From: a virus
Strand: one strand, 5' to 3'
DNA length: 64,000 bases
Virus record (IMG/VR): IMGVR_UViG_3300010391_000222
Coordinates: 2,770 to 66,769 of that record
The position numbers were made by a program, and so were the translations under genes. Below, piece after piece: positions 29,000 through 39,171 of this stretch. Every line of letters starts with the position of its first letter. Positions within the stretch are counted from its first letter, which is position 1. The notes beneath the pieces were generated by a model. That model saw nothing but the letters and a program-made list of their open reading frames with translations. It made no database searches and was not told the DNA's origin.

Positions 29000-29338
29000 T
29001 TAATTATTCTCCTTCATTGGCGATACCGTAGTTCTTACAAATTGTACTTCAGGTGTTTCTCCTGGGTGTTCTTTTTGCCATTTTTCATAGGCTTCTTTAG
29101 ATTTAGACCATTCTAAAATAGTAATTCTATCTTGCTTCCCAAGAGTATATTGGTATATATACACAAAATCATAACGATCTGCAAAACTAATAGTTTCACT
29201 TATTTTTTCTTTGGCTTTTTGTATCATCGCATTATAACAATTGAAAGCTTCAGCATAATCTAAAGTAATTAATTTAGGAGTATCCGCTCCATCGTATTGC
29301 CAAAATCCTATTACTGTATAAACTACAGTCGAAGTCAT
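29000..29338 (-). CDS. Hypothetical protein
   Basis: 112 aa, coupled. Confidence 0.55.
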   Translation of the reverse strand: MTSTVVYTVIGFWQYDGADTPKLITLDYAEAFNCYNAMIQKAKEKISETISFADRYDFVYIYQYTLGKQDRITILEWSKSKEAYEKWQKEHPGETPEVQFVRTTVSPMKENN

Positions 29339-30096
29339 TATGAGTACTCCCTTTGTATTCTTTCTATACTTAAAAACTCAGGATCATATTGTCCTTCATG
29401 TACATCATGCTTCAGTACAAGGCCCGACCACCATCTATATCTTGCTTGAGGGCCTGCATATCCCATAAACTGACTGGGATCAAGGAAGCAACCAGCATTG
29501 AGTGCAATAAGCCTACGTCCGTCTGCTCTGACTCCTTCGTGGAAGTCTCTAATATGCGTATGACCCCATGTAGCAGAGCAGTACTTTCTTTGTAACAACG
29601 TTCTAGCGTTTGTAATTGGATACCTAGAGTCTCGATCATAGAAGTAATGACAATAAAATATTCCATCTTGGCATGTAACTTCTCTAAAAGGGACGTAATA
29701 AGCTCCATAGTTATTTAATCCTAAAGCATCTAATGAGATTAATCCTTCGAGTTCAGGATTATCGTTAACAAATCTATTAATGCGACCTTCTTCATGATTG
29801 CCGCCCAATCTAATTATCAAAGGTTTATAATTTTTGCAACCCTTAATTCTTCCAAAAGCCTTCTTACTTGCATCTTTAAAACATTCTACATCTCGTTTAA
29901 ACGATTGCCCCCAAGCTTCTTTAGTTCCTTTTCCATAGCTTGATAATGAATTAAATTCACCCCAATCTCCTATATCTATAATTACGTCAGGTTTATTCTC
30001 TATAATGAAATTACCTAGCCATTCAAAACGAGCATTAGAAATCTCCGGGTTACTATGCGCATCGCCTATTACCAAGTGAGTTTTGTACTTAGTCAT
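29338..30096 (-). CDS. Calcineurin-like metallophosphoesterase
   Basis: GDAH, IGDWGE, GNHE and GHTH motifs; ATG at 30096 preferred over the tracked start. Confidence 0.85.
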   Translation of the reverse strand: MTKYKTHLVIGDAHSNPEISNARFEWLGNFIIENKPDVIIDIGDWGEFNSLSSYGKGTKEAWGQSFKRDVECFKDASKKAFGRIKGCKNYKPLIIRLGGNHEEGRINRFVNDNPELEGLISLDALGLNNYGAYYVPFREVTCQDGIFYCHYFYDRDSRYPITNARTLLQRKYCSATWGHTHIRDFHEGVRADGRRLIALNAGCFLDPSQFMGYAGPQARYRWWSGLVLKHDVHEGQYDPEFLSIERIQREYS

Positions 30097-30292
30097 TAGA
30101 AGTAACAAGTTCCATTATTGTATTTTCTCTAGGCCCCCACATATATTCATATGCATCATTCATATAATTCACTACTTCTTTAAACTCATTGGCGGCAATG
30201 TCGGCAAGTATAAGTGAATTACCATCGTCGTCTAAAATTTCTACTTCATTTAAGATAGACAGTAATTCAGCAAAGCGGTTCTTAGTTATCAT
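30089..30292 (-). CDS. Hypothetical protein
   Basis: 67 aa, overlaps both neighbours. Confidence 0.5.
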   Translation of the reverse strand: MITKNRFAELLSILNEVEILDDDGNSLILADIAANEFKEVVNYMNDAYEYMWGPRENTIMELVTSND

Positions 30293-31244
30293 TCTTCCAT
30301 TCTCCTATTTGAGACGAATAGTGTTTCAAATGTGTCTTATTAATTATACTCTCATTGAGCGCGCCAATTAACGAGGTTCCCTTATCGGCACCCAATATAT
30401 TGATCTTTACATCCGGTATATCATCGCTTAGGAACATCTGTAGGTCCTGTAACTGAGCAATAAGCTCTCCCGTAGTCCAGAACTCTTTGCCCCCCTGACC
30501 TATTGTAACAGGCCAAAACTTACGTATTTTCTTACCTTCTATCTCTTCTATTGCTTCAAAGTCTTTAGGTTTATCTCTTAGATTTGAATCAAAAGCCAAT
30601 AAATTAACAGTCCTAAACCCAAGATAATGAGCGAGACTGATACTTCTAGTAGCACTACAAGTTCCTCCTTGAACAAAATTAGTTACATGTGACAAAGGTC
30701 CAGGAGCTTCTTTAGTACCTGTAAGACCGTTAGCTGCACTATGCCAGCCATAGATTTCATAGCCATTACGTGTAAGCCATCGAGTTACACTACTATGAGT
30801 CATAGAAGCCACCAAGAATTTGGTGGACTTAGGTGCAGCAGAATATAGGGTCTGGCGTAGATAACCATGGGTACTTATGCCAGTAATTTCCCTAGGATCA
30901 AGGACTACACAAAAATGTGGTCTTAGTCCATATTTAGCTAGTAGAGGCAAAGCATGTTTAATGGTAAATAGTTTATTCTTGGTGTTATCAAACCATTCAG
31001 GTCGAAGATACCCATTCTTTAAAAGACGTTCCAATGAAGGTCCTGCAGATACTACCCAAGCAATTTCATCATTTATTAGCGACTTAGTTATCCAACAATC
31101 TTTAGGAAGTAATCCTAGATTTTCTTTGGCATTCTGAGCTATATTTTCCGAAGGTACAGAATCTCTTGGCTGAACAAGAATATTGAAACCATCGGTAGCA
31201 TTCTTAATTAAACCTCCTGTAAATTTATTGCGTTGTTTATTCAT
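30282..31244 (-). CDS. Maf/MptE-like (MAF_flag10, DUF115) putative glycosyltransferase
   Basis: AWVVSAGPSL, VVLDP and GGTCSATRSISLAHYLGFRTVNLLAFDS match the Maf-family pattern. Confidence 0.7.
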   Translation of the reverse strand: MNKQRNKFTGGLIKNATDGFNILVQPRDSVPSENIAQNAKENLGLLPKDCWITKSLINDEIAWVVSAGPSLERLLKNGYLRPEWFDNTKNKLFTIKHALPLLAKYGLRPHFCVVLDPREITGISTHGYLRQTLYSAAPKSTKFLVASMTHSSVTRWLTRNGYEIYGWHSAANGLTGTKEAPGPLSHVTNFVQGGTCSATRSISLAHYLGFRTVNLLAFDSNLRDKPKDFEAIEEIEGKKIRKFWPVTIGQGGKEFWTTGELIAQLQDLQMFLSDDIPDVKINILGADKGTSLIGALNESIINKTHLKHYSSQIGEWKNDN

Positions 31245-31980
31245 TCCAATATTTGTCCGCCCAGGGGTGCTTCTTATGCATTGCAGGAAGGCTTATATCA
31301 CGTCTAAGTCCATTTGTAAAGACAATTCTTGCATCTAAAGGAAGATCGGGAAGTTCTTCTATAGACCAATAATCCCAGACTTTATCGTCTTGGTTAATCT
31401 TAGGTAAACCTTGTCCTAAAACTTCCGTTTGCCAAGATTGATCAGACCCTACATAAGGAGAACCTCTATTCCAATATTCTAAAAAGAACTTACGTTTCTC
31501 TTCGCCTGGAGGAAGAGGAATCATATTGTAAACTCTTTTAAAGGACAAATAAACTTGTTCTTTGCATCCAGTATCCATCATATATAGACAACCGGAATAA
31601 CATTGAGGATTCTTAGTATCCGTATATCCTACGAATGGTTCTTTTCGTCCAAAGATATGGTCTACATTCCCTACAATTGCTACATCAAGGTCTATATTGG
31701 CAATACGATCTCCAAGAATGCTACGCATTTCTTTGCTATAAAGGCCAAGACGGACAAAGCAACGTCCAAGGTCTCTAAATTCAGGCCAAATAGGAACTAC
31801 TCGTATATTACTTACATCTATTCCTGTAGGATCATCTGTAATAATTGTAAACGTATAGGGTATAGTAAGATTATCTTTGAGTCCCCTAGCAAGCCTATTG
31901 ACATGTTTAGGAGTGAATTCATAAGTTCCATGGTGTTTAGCATTTTTATCATACCAATAGAAGCTACATATGTTAATCAT
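31237..31980 (-). CDS. GT-A glycosyltransferase
   Basis: FTIITDDPTGI, DLD (DxD) in ANIDLDVAIVGNVD, GSDQSW. Confidence 0.75.
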   Translation of the reverse strand: MINICSFYWYDKNAKHHGTYEFTPKHVNRLARGLKDNLTIPYTFTIITDDPTGIDVSNIRVVPIWPEFRDLGRCFVRLGLYSKEMRSILGDRIANIDLDVAIVGNVDHIFGRKEPFVGYTDTKNPQCYSGCLYMMDTGCKEQVYLSFKRVYNMIPLPPGEEKRKFFLEYWNRGSPYVGSDQSWQTEVLGQGLPKINQDDKVWDYWSIEELPDLPLDARIVFTNGLRRDISLPAMHKKHPWADKYWNE

Positions 31981-32697
31981 TTACCATTGACTCCTAAGAA
32001 TACCCATGCCTCTTGGTTTGGGAACTAATCTATCTTCTTCTTTAGGACTAAAATCAATTTCTTGGATTATTTCTAACCAATTAGTTTCTTCTATTTCTTT
32101 TCCTTCAAGACCATAATATTTATTAGTTTTAGGAAGTAAAAGTTTTACTGCTTGCCAAAAATGATTGGCATTAGCTTGAAATATTCCATACTTTATTTTG
32201 GTTTTATTTGTATTAAATTCCGATATGTCATGAAAAGATAACCATCTAGTAAGGCTTCTATAATTTTTGAAATCTTGTATTACCCATTCAAAATTATGAT
32301 TGGCATCTATGAAACACAAGTCGTATCTTTTGGTTTCTTTTTTTACAAAAGATTTAACTGTTTCAATTGTTCCTAGATTATTAGATAGACCATTGATTAA
32401 TTCAATGTTATGTCCATAGTCTTTCTTGCAAAGAACAATTATATCTAAGAGTAAACTTCTTGCATTTACATTATCTCCTAGGTCTACAAGAACAATAGTA
32501 GACCCTTTAGGCATTAATTGTGCCATATAATATAAAGACTCGCCTGCATAACTTCCTATTTCTAAATAAGACCAGGGATTACTATTGAATTCTTTTGAAA
32601 TCCACTTGGCATATTCCTCAAACTCCCAAAGATTTTGAGAGGTTTTTATCTTTTCTAAATCAGGCTTAAATCGGTCTAGGAAATCATAGGTTATCAT
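31981..32697 (-). CDS. Class I SAM methyltransferase (Methyltransf_24-like)
   Basis: YLEIGSYAGES, DLCFIDANHNFE..D, FHD. Confidence 0.8.
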   Translation of the reverse strand: MITYDFLDRFKPDLEKIKTSQNLWEFEEYAKWISKEFNSNPWSYLEIGSYAGESLYYMAQLMPKGSTIVLVDLGDNVNARSLLLDIIVLCKKDYGHNIELINGLSNNLGTIETVKSFVKKETKRYDLCFIDANHNFEWVIQDFKNYRSLTRWLSFHDISEFNTNKTKIKYGIFQANANHFWQAVKLLLPKTNKYYGLEGKEIEETNWLEIIQEIDFSPKEEDRLVPKPRGMGILRSQW

Positions 32698-33247
32698 TAA
32701 CTGTCCTCTTGTATATTCCAGTAAGAAAAATTAGATTAGGATCATTACTTGTCTTTTCGTTTTCTAATTCTTTGATTAAGATAAATCCTGTTGCATCCAA
32801 CTTCTTTCGCCAGAAATCAGAGTTTTCTATAATTAAATGAGCATTACGTCCATCAGGCAATGATTTATTCGATTTAACAAGGGCAATACTGAGATAAAAA
32901 ACATAATGTCCAAAAAAATATATATCTTTAAGTACTTCATCTAAGCACTCCGGTTCTATATGTTCTAAGACACCTGAACATACTACTCCATCAAATTGAC
33001 CAATAGGACGTACAGAGAATTTATCGACACAAGGATCATAATTAACTCCTAGTACTTTATATTTTCCTAAAAGAGTTGAAACAAGAGACCCTTTACCGCT
33101 ACCATAGTCCAATAGACTTCTTACTTCATAGGGTTTAATAAGTTCTTCATAAACCTGATCTGCTCGTTTATAGCCTTTATTACCAAATAAATTCTTCTTA
33201 TTGTGTAATTCTATATTTAAAGCCTTATACTCTTCACTTATTAACAC
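32684..33247 (-). CDS. Class I SAM methyltransferase
   Basis: LLDYGSGKG, YDP, VVCSGVLEHIEP, LPDGRNAHLI. Confidence 0.85.
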   Translation of the reverse strand: MLISEEYKALNIELHNKKNLFGNKGYKRADQVYEELIKPYEVRSLLDYGSGKGSLVSTLLGKYKVLGVNYDPCVDKFSVRPIGQFDGVVCSGVLEHIEPECLDEVLKDIYFFGHYVFYLSIALVKSNKSLPDGRNAHLIIENSDFWRKKLDATGFILIKELENEKTSNDPNLIFLTGIYKRTVNDNL

Positions 33248-34067
33248 TTAATTCATCCTTGCGCGGACCTTTTAAATGATCAAAGTACTCTTTAAGGACA
33301 CTGGTTTCAAAAGGATAGAGACCATTTTTATGCTCAGAGTTCATATCTTCATTTAAATTCTTTGCTTTAAATTTAATGTCCATGAATTCTTTCATTTTTA
33401 CTATTGCAGAGAATATAAAAGCATCATGCCATTCTCTATAAAAAAATAATTGTCCCGAACCATATGTATTTGCTTGTTCAAAAAATACATCTAAATTATT
33501 TTTTCGAACATCGCAAAGAATAAATCCAGTATCTCCATATCCCCATTGAGGACCGCGATCCAACCAAGCAAGAGAAGCATCTCCCAAAAAGCTCTTTAGG
33601 ACTTCCGACGTTACTTTCTTTTTAAGTATTACGTCTGCATCTAACCATAATAGAGCATCTACTGCAGGTATAATTTCTCTAAATTCTCCTGGTAGCATAG
33701 GTTTTGAACTATTAAAAATCCCTCCATCTTTTAATTTAAAGGAAGCTTCTGCTAAAGCAAAAACCTTACAAGAAAACGGCATGAAATTATATCGAAATGT
33801 ATCGGAAGGAGGTACTTGTGGGCGTTGTATTTGACTAAAAGTTTCATAAAAATAGACCCAACCATCTGATTGAGTATCTAGACACTTATAAGTAACAGGA
33901 ATATTATTTATGACTAAAGGCAGTCCTACAGGAAATATTCCATTAATCCATATTTCAATTATAGAACCTTCGTCTAAGAAGAGATATTCTTTCCAAGTAT
34001 CTAGACATTTTTTTGCATATTGCTCCCATAATCTTTCATTAAAGGAAGTAACAAGTTTAACTCTCAT
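33234..34067 (-). CDS. GT-A glycosyltransferase
   Basis: LVTSFN, FSCKVFAL, LLWLDADV (DxD), DTGF, EWHDAFIF, HLKG. Confidence 0.75.
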   Translation of the reverse strand: MRVKLVTSFNERLWEQYAKKCLDTWKEYLFLDEGSIIEIWINGIFPVGLPLVINNIPVTYKCLDTQSDGWVYFYETFSQIQRPQVPPSDTFRYNFMPFSCKVFALAEASFKLKDGGIFNSSKPMLPGEFREIIPAVDALLWLDADVILKKKVTSEVLKSFLGDASLAWLDRGPQWGYGDTGFILCDVRKNNLDVFFEQANTYGSGQLFFYREWHDAFIFSAIVKMKEFMDIKFKAKNLNEDMNSEHKNGLYPFETSVLKEYFDHLKGPRKDELSVNK

Positions 34068-34903
34068 TGTAAAACTTTGATATCCTTTGCAGCTTCTTCT
34101 AGGACACTCCTAAGATAATGATTAAATACTTCAGAGTACTTACACTCTGGTTTCATTAAAGGTGATCCTTCCGTATAGTGTATTGCTCTTATGTCCCATT
34201 CCTTGATTCTCTTTTCCGTATGATCAGGAATAGTATTCCAACCTTCATGAAGTTCTCCTATATCTTCATCCTTAAGCCAACCAAAGGAGTGTAACCACGA
34301 TCCGTCCTTTGTATTTACTTCTTCTAGTGAGGGCATACACTTTGGATTTTGCATGTTAAAGATCATGAAAGAACTCCAAAGTTTTTTGTTATAATTGACT
34401 TGAACTTGATTGTCCATTTTAATTACATTAGGAGAAGCATAATCATGATGGACACACCATAAAGGCTTATCTTCGATATCTATTTCGTTGAATAATGAAT
34501 ATAAGTCCCTAATATAAACAAAGTCAGAATCAGTAAAGATACAAGGATCATTGGCTCTGACACCCAGATAACGAGCATAGTGAGGAACAAGAAAGCGAGT
34601 AAAGGCAAACTGTGTACTAAAAGGTCTTTGATCTTCTGCATCTTCAGTTATCCCTTTCGATGTAATACGCCATTCTCTATTGAATAATCCAATGTTTCTT
34701 AGTTCTCTATGCTTTAAATAGTAAATACTAATGGGTTTACTAGCAGTATCTAAGATACTCTCTCGACATACTTTAGCTGCAAGGTCTTGTCGGTCGTCAT
34801 AGCCGATAAAGACATGCAAGTGTCTTTCAGATTGCTTCTTTAGTCTCTTTTGAGGCACTGGTTTTTTTAATATACTTTCTTTTTGTTTTCTTTGTCTTAT
34901 CAA
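34064..34903 (-). CDS. GT-A glycosyltransferase (GT8-like/CDI-like)
   Basis: VFIGYDDR, STQFAFTRFLVP, FTDSDF, KMDNQVQ..KLWSSFMIFN, IHYTEGSP; true start probably downstream of 34903. Confidence 0.8.
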   Translation of the reverse strand: MIRQRKQKESILKKPVPQKRLKKQSERHLHVFIGYDDRQDLAAKVCRESILDTASKPISIYYLKHRELRNIGLFNREWRITSKGITEDAEDQRPFSTQFAFTRFLVPHYARYLGVRANDPCIFTDSDFVYIRDLYSLFNEIDIEDKPLWCVHHDYASPNVIKMDNQVQVNYNKKLWSSFMIFNMQNPKCMPSLEEVNTKDGSWLHSFGWLKDEDIGELHEGWNTIPDHTEKRIKEWDIRAIHYTEGSPLMKPECKYSEVFNHYLRSVLEEAAKDIKVLQ

Positions 34904-35132
34904 TGTAATGTACTTCTGATTGTATTCCGTATTGATCTTCTAACAACATTTGTGCGTAATGAATGCATTTCTTAATATCTTCTGCTTGGTTCTTGATCTT
35001 ATGACGACAAAGGTACTTAAGCATGTTACCTTCGTGCCAATCAAGTTTATTTTTTACAATAAAATCTATTGGTTCAATAGTAAGATTTTTATAAGGCGAT
35101 TTTCCTACTTGTTGATTTCTTACTTTTGTCAT
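34827..35132 (-). CDS. DUF3310/SaV-like protein
   Basis: QVG..YK..IEPIDFI..EGNMLKYLCRH..EDIKKCIHYAQML. Confidence 0.75.
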   Translation of the reverse strand: MTKVRNQQVGKSPYKNLTIEPIDFIVKNKLDWHEGNMLKYLCRHKIKNQAEDIKKCIHYAQMLLEDQYGIQSEVHYIDKTKKTKRKYIKKTSASKETKEAI

Positions 35133-35317
35133 TATGTATTATCTTTGACTATATCTTTAGCATATTGTTCAGCAGTATACGTATCACTATTACCAAAATA
35201 ACCACAACCTACACCATCTTCATAAGCTTTTAAAATTAATTTATATAGTTCTATTCTAAATTCTGTCTTAGCTTTTTCTATTGCTTCGAAATAATCTATA
35301 AGCAATGCATTTTTCAT
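35132..35317 (-). CDS. Hypothetical protein
   Basis: 61 aa, coupled. Confidence 0.45.
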   Translation of the reverse strand: MKNALLIDYFEAIEKAKTEFRIELYKLILKAYEDGVGCGYFGNSDTYTAEQYAKDIVKDNT

Positions 35318-35462
35318 AAAGATTTATCCTTGTTTTTAAGATTTCATTTTCATATAATATATCAAATATCCATTTATTTTCTTTATATACTTTTTCTACA
35401 ATTGGTTCTATTTGTTGTTTAAGATTTTCTCTCCAAAATTCGAGAGCATGTTTAGAAATCAT
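35268..35462 (-). CDS. Hypothetical protein
   Basis: 64 aa, coupled to the upstream ORF. Confidence 0.4.
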   Translation of the reverse strand: MISKHALEFWRENLKQQIEPIVEKVYKENKWIFDILYENEILKTRINLYEKCIAYRLFRSNRKS

Positions 35463-35677
35463 AATGTTTTATTTTCCATGGCATTAATTTCTGCTTCTAC
35501 TTTATGTAACAAGTCTCTAATTTCTTGAAACTTAGGAGCTAATACATCCAATCCATCGTTACTAATAGGCATATTTTTATTCAAATACCTACTTAGAGTA
35601 GCTAGTTCATGCGTAGTACGTCTTATGAGCGGTTGCCACCTATTCTCATAGAATATCTTCCATTTGATAGGACCCAT
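35459..35677 (-). CDS. Hypothetical protein
   Basis: 72 aa, coupled to the RNR stop. Confidence 0.5.
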   Translation of the reverse strand: MGPIKWKIFYENRWQPLIRRTTHELATLSRYLNKNMPISNDGLDVLAPKFQEIRDLLHKVEAEINAMENKTL

Positions 35678-37440
35678 TATCCACAGGACCTCTGACCTGT
35701 TTCTTTGTCGATATAACAGGAAAGACTTTCTTGTTCGTCATCAAGTATTTCCTTGTAGCCGATTTCTTTGAAATCGCTTCGATCTTTTTCATGAGTTAAT
35801 ATACCCTTGCGTTTGCCATTTACGTTAAAAGTGCTAAGACCTTTTGCTCCACCACGCCATGCTTGTGAATATAATTCTTTAAAATCAGTCCAGGGCATCT
35901 TATTAGAGACATTGCAGGTTTTGGACACGGCACTATCTACATATGTCTGGGCTAACAGAAGAACGCTAAGATGTTCCTGGGCTGTACATTCGTCGGCTGT
36001 CTTACTGACTATTCTATGTTCTCTAAAGGCATAATCACTAAAAAACTCGGTTATTGGTCCTTTTAAAGTATTTACCTTTCTGTGATATCCAAGACTCCAT
36101 ACAGGTTCAATACCGCTGGAGACATTATCAGCGGTAATACTAATTGTACCAGTAGGCGCAATGCTTGTCAAGTGACTATTTCTTATTCCATGTTTTTCTA
36201 TTTGTTCCTTAATCTCTTTAGGTAATGTCTCTATAAACTTACCTTGTAAATATTGTTCTCTTTCAAAGAGGGGAAAAGAACCTTTTTCTCTAGCTAAATT
36301 AATAGATTCTTCATAACTATAATCTCTAAGAGTTCTAAGAACTGCTCCTAGAAACTTAAGTGACTTATTTGATCCATAAGAAAATCCTAATATCTCAGAC
36401 GCATTAGCAAATCCTGTAATACCAAGACCCATACGTCTTTTATTTAAAGCTTCTTCTTTTTGAGCAGCTAGAGGATACATAGATTTCTCTATGACGTTAT
36501 CCATAGCCCGAATAATAATATGAATATCGTGTATAAAACGCCTATAGTCAAAGACTAATTCTCCTTCTATATTCTTATCTACATATTTTACTAAGTTAAA
36601 AGACCCTAAAAGACAAGCTCCATTGGCAGGAAGGGGCTGTTCTGAGCAAGGGTTAGTAGTTTGTATATACTCACAATACCATAGATTGTTCCAATGGTTA
36701 ATTGTGTCTAGAAAGATTACCCCTGGTTCGGCAAAATTCCAAGTAGATTTCATAATGTCATTCCATAGTTCTACGGAATCTACTTGTAAATAATCCTTCC
36801 CATTGAATTTTAACGAGAATTTCTCTTTATTATCAAGAGCTTGCATAAAATCATCAGTAATACCTACCGAAAGATTAAAAGCAGTTAAAGAATGGTCATT
36901 TTGTTTAGCTTGAACAAACTCTAGAATATCGGGGTGCCATACGGGCAAAACACCCATCTGTGCGCCTCTACGATGCCCAGCAGAGCTTACAGTCTTACAG
37001 ACAGCATCATAGATATGCATAAAGCTTACGGGGCCACTAGCAAGGCTTCCTAGGGACTTTATAAGATCATTCCTAGGACGAAGACTTCCAAAATTATACC
37101 CTACGCCACCACCCCTGCGCATAGTTTCGGCAGCTTCGGTTGCTCTTTCCATAATCCCTGTAGGACCAGTGAAATTATCATTGATATCCCCTGAGACAAA
37201 ACAATTATAAAGAGTTACAGCTTTATTGCTTCCAGCACCTGTTTGTATCCTTCCTGCTGGTAGAAACCTTTGATTTAAAAGGATTTCTAGGAGTTCTCTT
37301 TGATGAACAGAATTATCAGAAAGAGCACTAGCTACTCTAATCATTGATTGTTCAAAGGATTCCTCAGGTAAACGATACTTTTCTTTATGAATTTGTTGTG
37401 AAATCTTCAACTTTGGCCCAAATACGGTATTTTGATCCAT
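35677..37440 (-). CDS. nrdJ: Class II (adenosylcobalamin-dependent) ribonucleotide reductase
   Basis: FLPAGR, NCFV, RRGAQM, TNPCSEQPL, IAPTGTIS, C-terminal SCYIDKETGQRSCG; no NrdB beta subunit in the window. Confidence 0.85.
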   Translation of the reverse strand: MDQNTVFGPKLKISQQIHKEKYRLPEESFEQSMIRVASALSDNSVHQRELLEILLNQRFLPAGRIQTGAGSNKAVTLYNCFVSGDINDNFTGPTGIMERATEAAETMRRGGGVGYNFGSLRPRNDLIKSLGSLASGPVSFMHIYDAVCKTVSSAGHRRGAQMGVLPVWHPDILEFVQAKQNDHSLTAFNLSVGITDDFMQALDNKEKFSLKFNGKDYLQVDSVELWNDIMKSTWNFAEPGVIFLDTINHWNNLWYCEYIQTTNPCSEQPLPANGACLLGSFNLVKYVDKNIEGELVFDYRRFIHDIHIIIRAMDNVIEKSMYPLAAQKEEALNKRRMGLGITGFANASEILGFSYGSNKSLKFLGAVLRTLRDYSYEESINLAREKGSFPLFEREQYLQGKFIETLPKEIKEQIEKHGIRNSHLTSIAPTGTISITADNVSSGIEPVWSLGYHRKVNTLKGPITEFFSDYAFREHRIVSKTADECTAQEHLSVLLLAQTYVDSAVSKTCNVSNKMPWTDFKELYSQAWRGGAKGLSTFNVNGKRKGILTHEKDRSDFKEIGYKEILDDEQESLSCYIDKETGQRSCG

Positions 37441-37542
37441 TTAATTCTCCCTAGGATTTTAAGACCCGAGAGAATTCCCAGGCTTTGTGTTAGCCGATTG
37501 TAAGACAATCGTATCAGTGAAACTCCAAGTATAACACATGAC

Positions 37543-37950
37543 CTAGGCAGGTTCTTTTGGCGGCTCCTCGTTATCAATAATCTCCTGACCAAATTCTTCA
37601 TATGGAGTATTTGGACGATCTTTGATTTCTATTGCAGTAGTTTCTTGTTCTTCCTTTTTTATGATGATAGATTTTTCCATTTCCAATACTACGGTATCGT
37701 CCTTTTGCGATTTACTGTAAAATTCCTTATCTATAAACAAGGCAAGTCCTTTGTACATAATATCGAATAATTGAATATATCTAAGTCTAAAATTAGGGTC
37801 TTGAGATTTCTCTCCTGCTAAAAGAATATTTCCCATTATTGCAAGAAGCTCTGAGATATTTTTATAGGGTCTTGGTTCAAACAGTCCAAACCAACCGGGT
37901 GGTAAATCCGATAAATTAGGTGGTCCAGGAGGTCCTTGTCCCTTACTCAT
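37543..37950 (-). CDS. Hypothetical protein
   Basis: 135 aa. Confidence 0.5.
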   Translation of the reverse strand: MSKGQGPPGPPNLSDLPPGWFGLFEPRPYKNISELLAIMGNILLAGEKSQDPNFRLRYIQLFDIMYKGLALFIDKEFYSKSQKDDTVVLEMEKSIIIKKEEQETTAIEIKDRPNTPYEEFGQEIIDNEEPPKEPA

Positions 37951-38164
37951 GTATTTCCATTGTTCTAGTTACCATATTATATTTAATATTACTTCTAATA
38001 CTGTTAATTCTATATCCCCATTGGTCAATGTCTCTTTCTATCCAGAACTTTGCTTTCCACAATGGAATACCGCGAGAGACATAATAAGACTTGATACGTT
38101 CTATAAGTCTATAAGAAGCTTTGATATCTCCTAGATAATCTATTTGGTTGTATGACTTATTCAA
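37943..38164 (-). CDS. Hypothetical protein
   Basis: 73 aa, TTG start. Confidence 0.45.
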   Translation of the reverse strand: MNKSYNQIDYLGDIKASYRLIERIKSYYVSRGIPLWKAKFWIERDIDQWGYRINSIRSNIKYNMVTRTMEIHE

Positions 38165-38241
38165 AGTTTATTCTACCGCTCTATTTATATATGATATAAA
38201 AACATAAACAATAATTATTGTCCAAAATATAAAAAACCATA

Positions 38242-38646
38242 TCATAATTGGATATCCTTCGATCTTAAGAACTTACATAGTTTTTCAAATTGCATAAATA
38301 TAGTATATACTTTCTTTGGGTCTAGGAAAGCCAAATGACATTCGTTACCTTTGCCTGATAATTGTTCGTCAATAAATACTCTTGCTGCATAATATTGAGT
38401 CCAGTTCCGTTTAATCATATGATGATGTATTAAATCTTTTAAATGTTGATCTATTACTGCACGCCATAGTCTTATACAATCTTCATTGTCTACTTCTACA
38501 GAACTTACTAAAGGATAGCCCTGGAATAGACCATTGTATAATATCCTACGAAGACGTATACTGTACTTTCTTAGTCCCTTATCTTTTGCAGTTTTCTTAA
38601 ATCTCTTAGATTTTACCAAGGAAATCACTTGAATTCTTTGATCCAA
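38242..38646 (-). CDS. Hypothetical phage protein (LWRAVIDQ..D family)
   Basis: 134 aa; follows the endonuclease gene. Confidence 0.55.
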   Translation of the reverse strand: MDQRIQVISLVKSKRFKKTAKDKGLRKYSIRLRRILYNGLFQGYPLVSSVEVDNEDCIRLWRAVIDQHLKDLIHHHMIKRNWTQYYAARVFIDEQLSGKGNECHLAFLDPKKVYTIFMQFEKLCKFLRSKDIQL

Positions 38647-39029
38647 TTCTGTGGGACATTAATACCTACATGATATTTAAATCCATGATGCTTTGTCCAA
38701 TCGGAATAATAAGTCTCGGAACTCTTAGAAAATCTACGGTCTTGTTCAAAGATAATTCTCAAGTCTATCCCAGGATTATAATTTCTTACTGCAAGTAATT
38801 TCTTACGATCTGTACTAGAAAATCTGCCTTTGAATTCAATGTAAACAAAAGAAAGTCCTTTTGGTATTTTAAAGTCAGGCCAATATTTTCTTACTTTTGC
38901 AGGTAGTTCATACTCAAGAACCTCTGCTTCATACTTAAATTTAATAGAATTCTTACGAAGAATTTTAGCAATCTTTTCTTCGGACCCACTACGGTATGTT
39001 TTATTCTTTGCTTTATTAGTAAATCTCAT
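38625..39029 (-). CDS. Endonuclease I (T7 gp3-like Holliday junction resolvase)
   Basis: YRSGSE, KYE, YWPDF, IEFKGRF..DRKK..V..P.IDLRIIF. Confidence 0.85.
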   Translation of the reverse strand: MRFTNKAKNKTYRSGSEEKIAKILRKNSIKFKYEAEVLEYELPAKVRKYWPDFKIPKGLSFVYIEFKGRFSSTDRKKLLAVRNYNPGIDLRIIFEQDRRFSKSSETYYSDWTKHHGFKYHVGINVPQNWIKEFK

Positions 39030-39171
39030 TGCAATTCAAAACCAATAATTAATCTCTACACCACTATGTTTACAACGATTACAAAACCAATAATCGTAAG
39101 AACATTTCCATTCATAATCATTTTTAGTATTATAAACTATATGTTTGTGCCAACCAATAAAACATAAGAAC

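Noticed and set aside
30282-34903. GT cluster as a DNA hypermodification pathway
   Set aside because: No hydroxymethylase, TET/JBP or 5hmU kinase recognised in the window; ranked below protein glycosylation but not excluded, because the genome is incomplete
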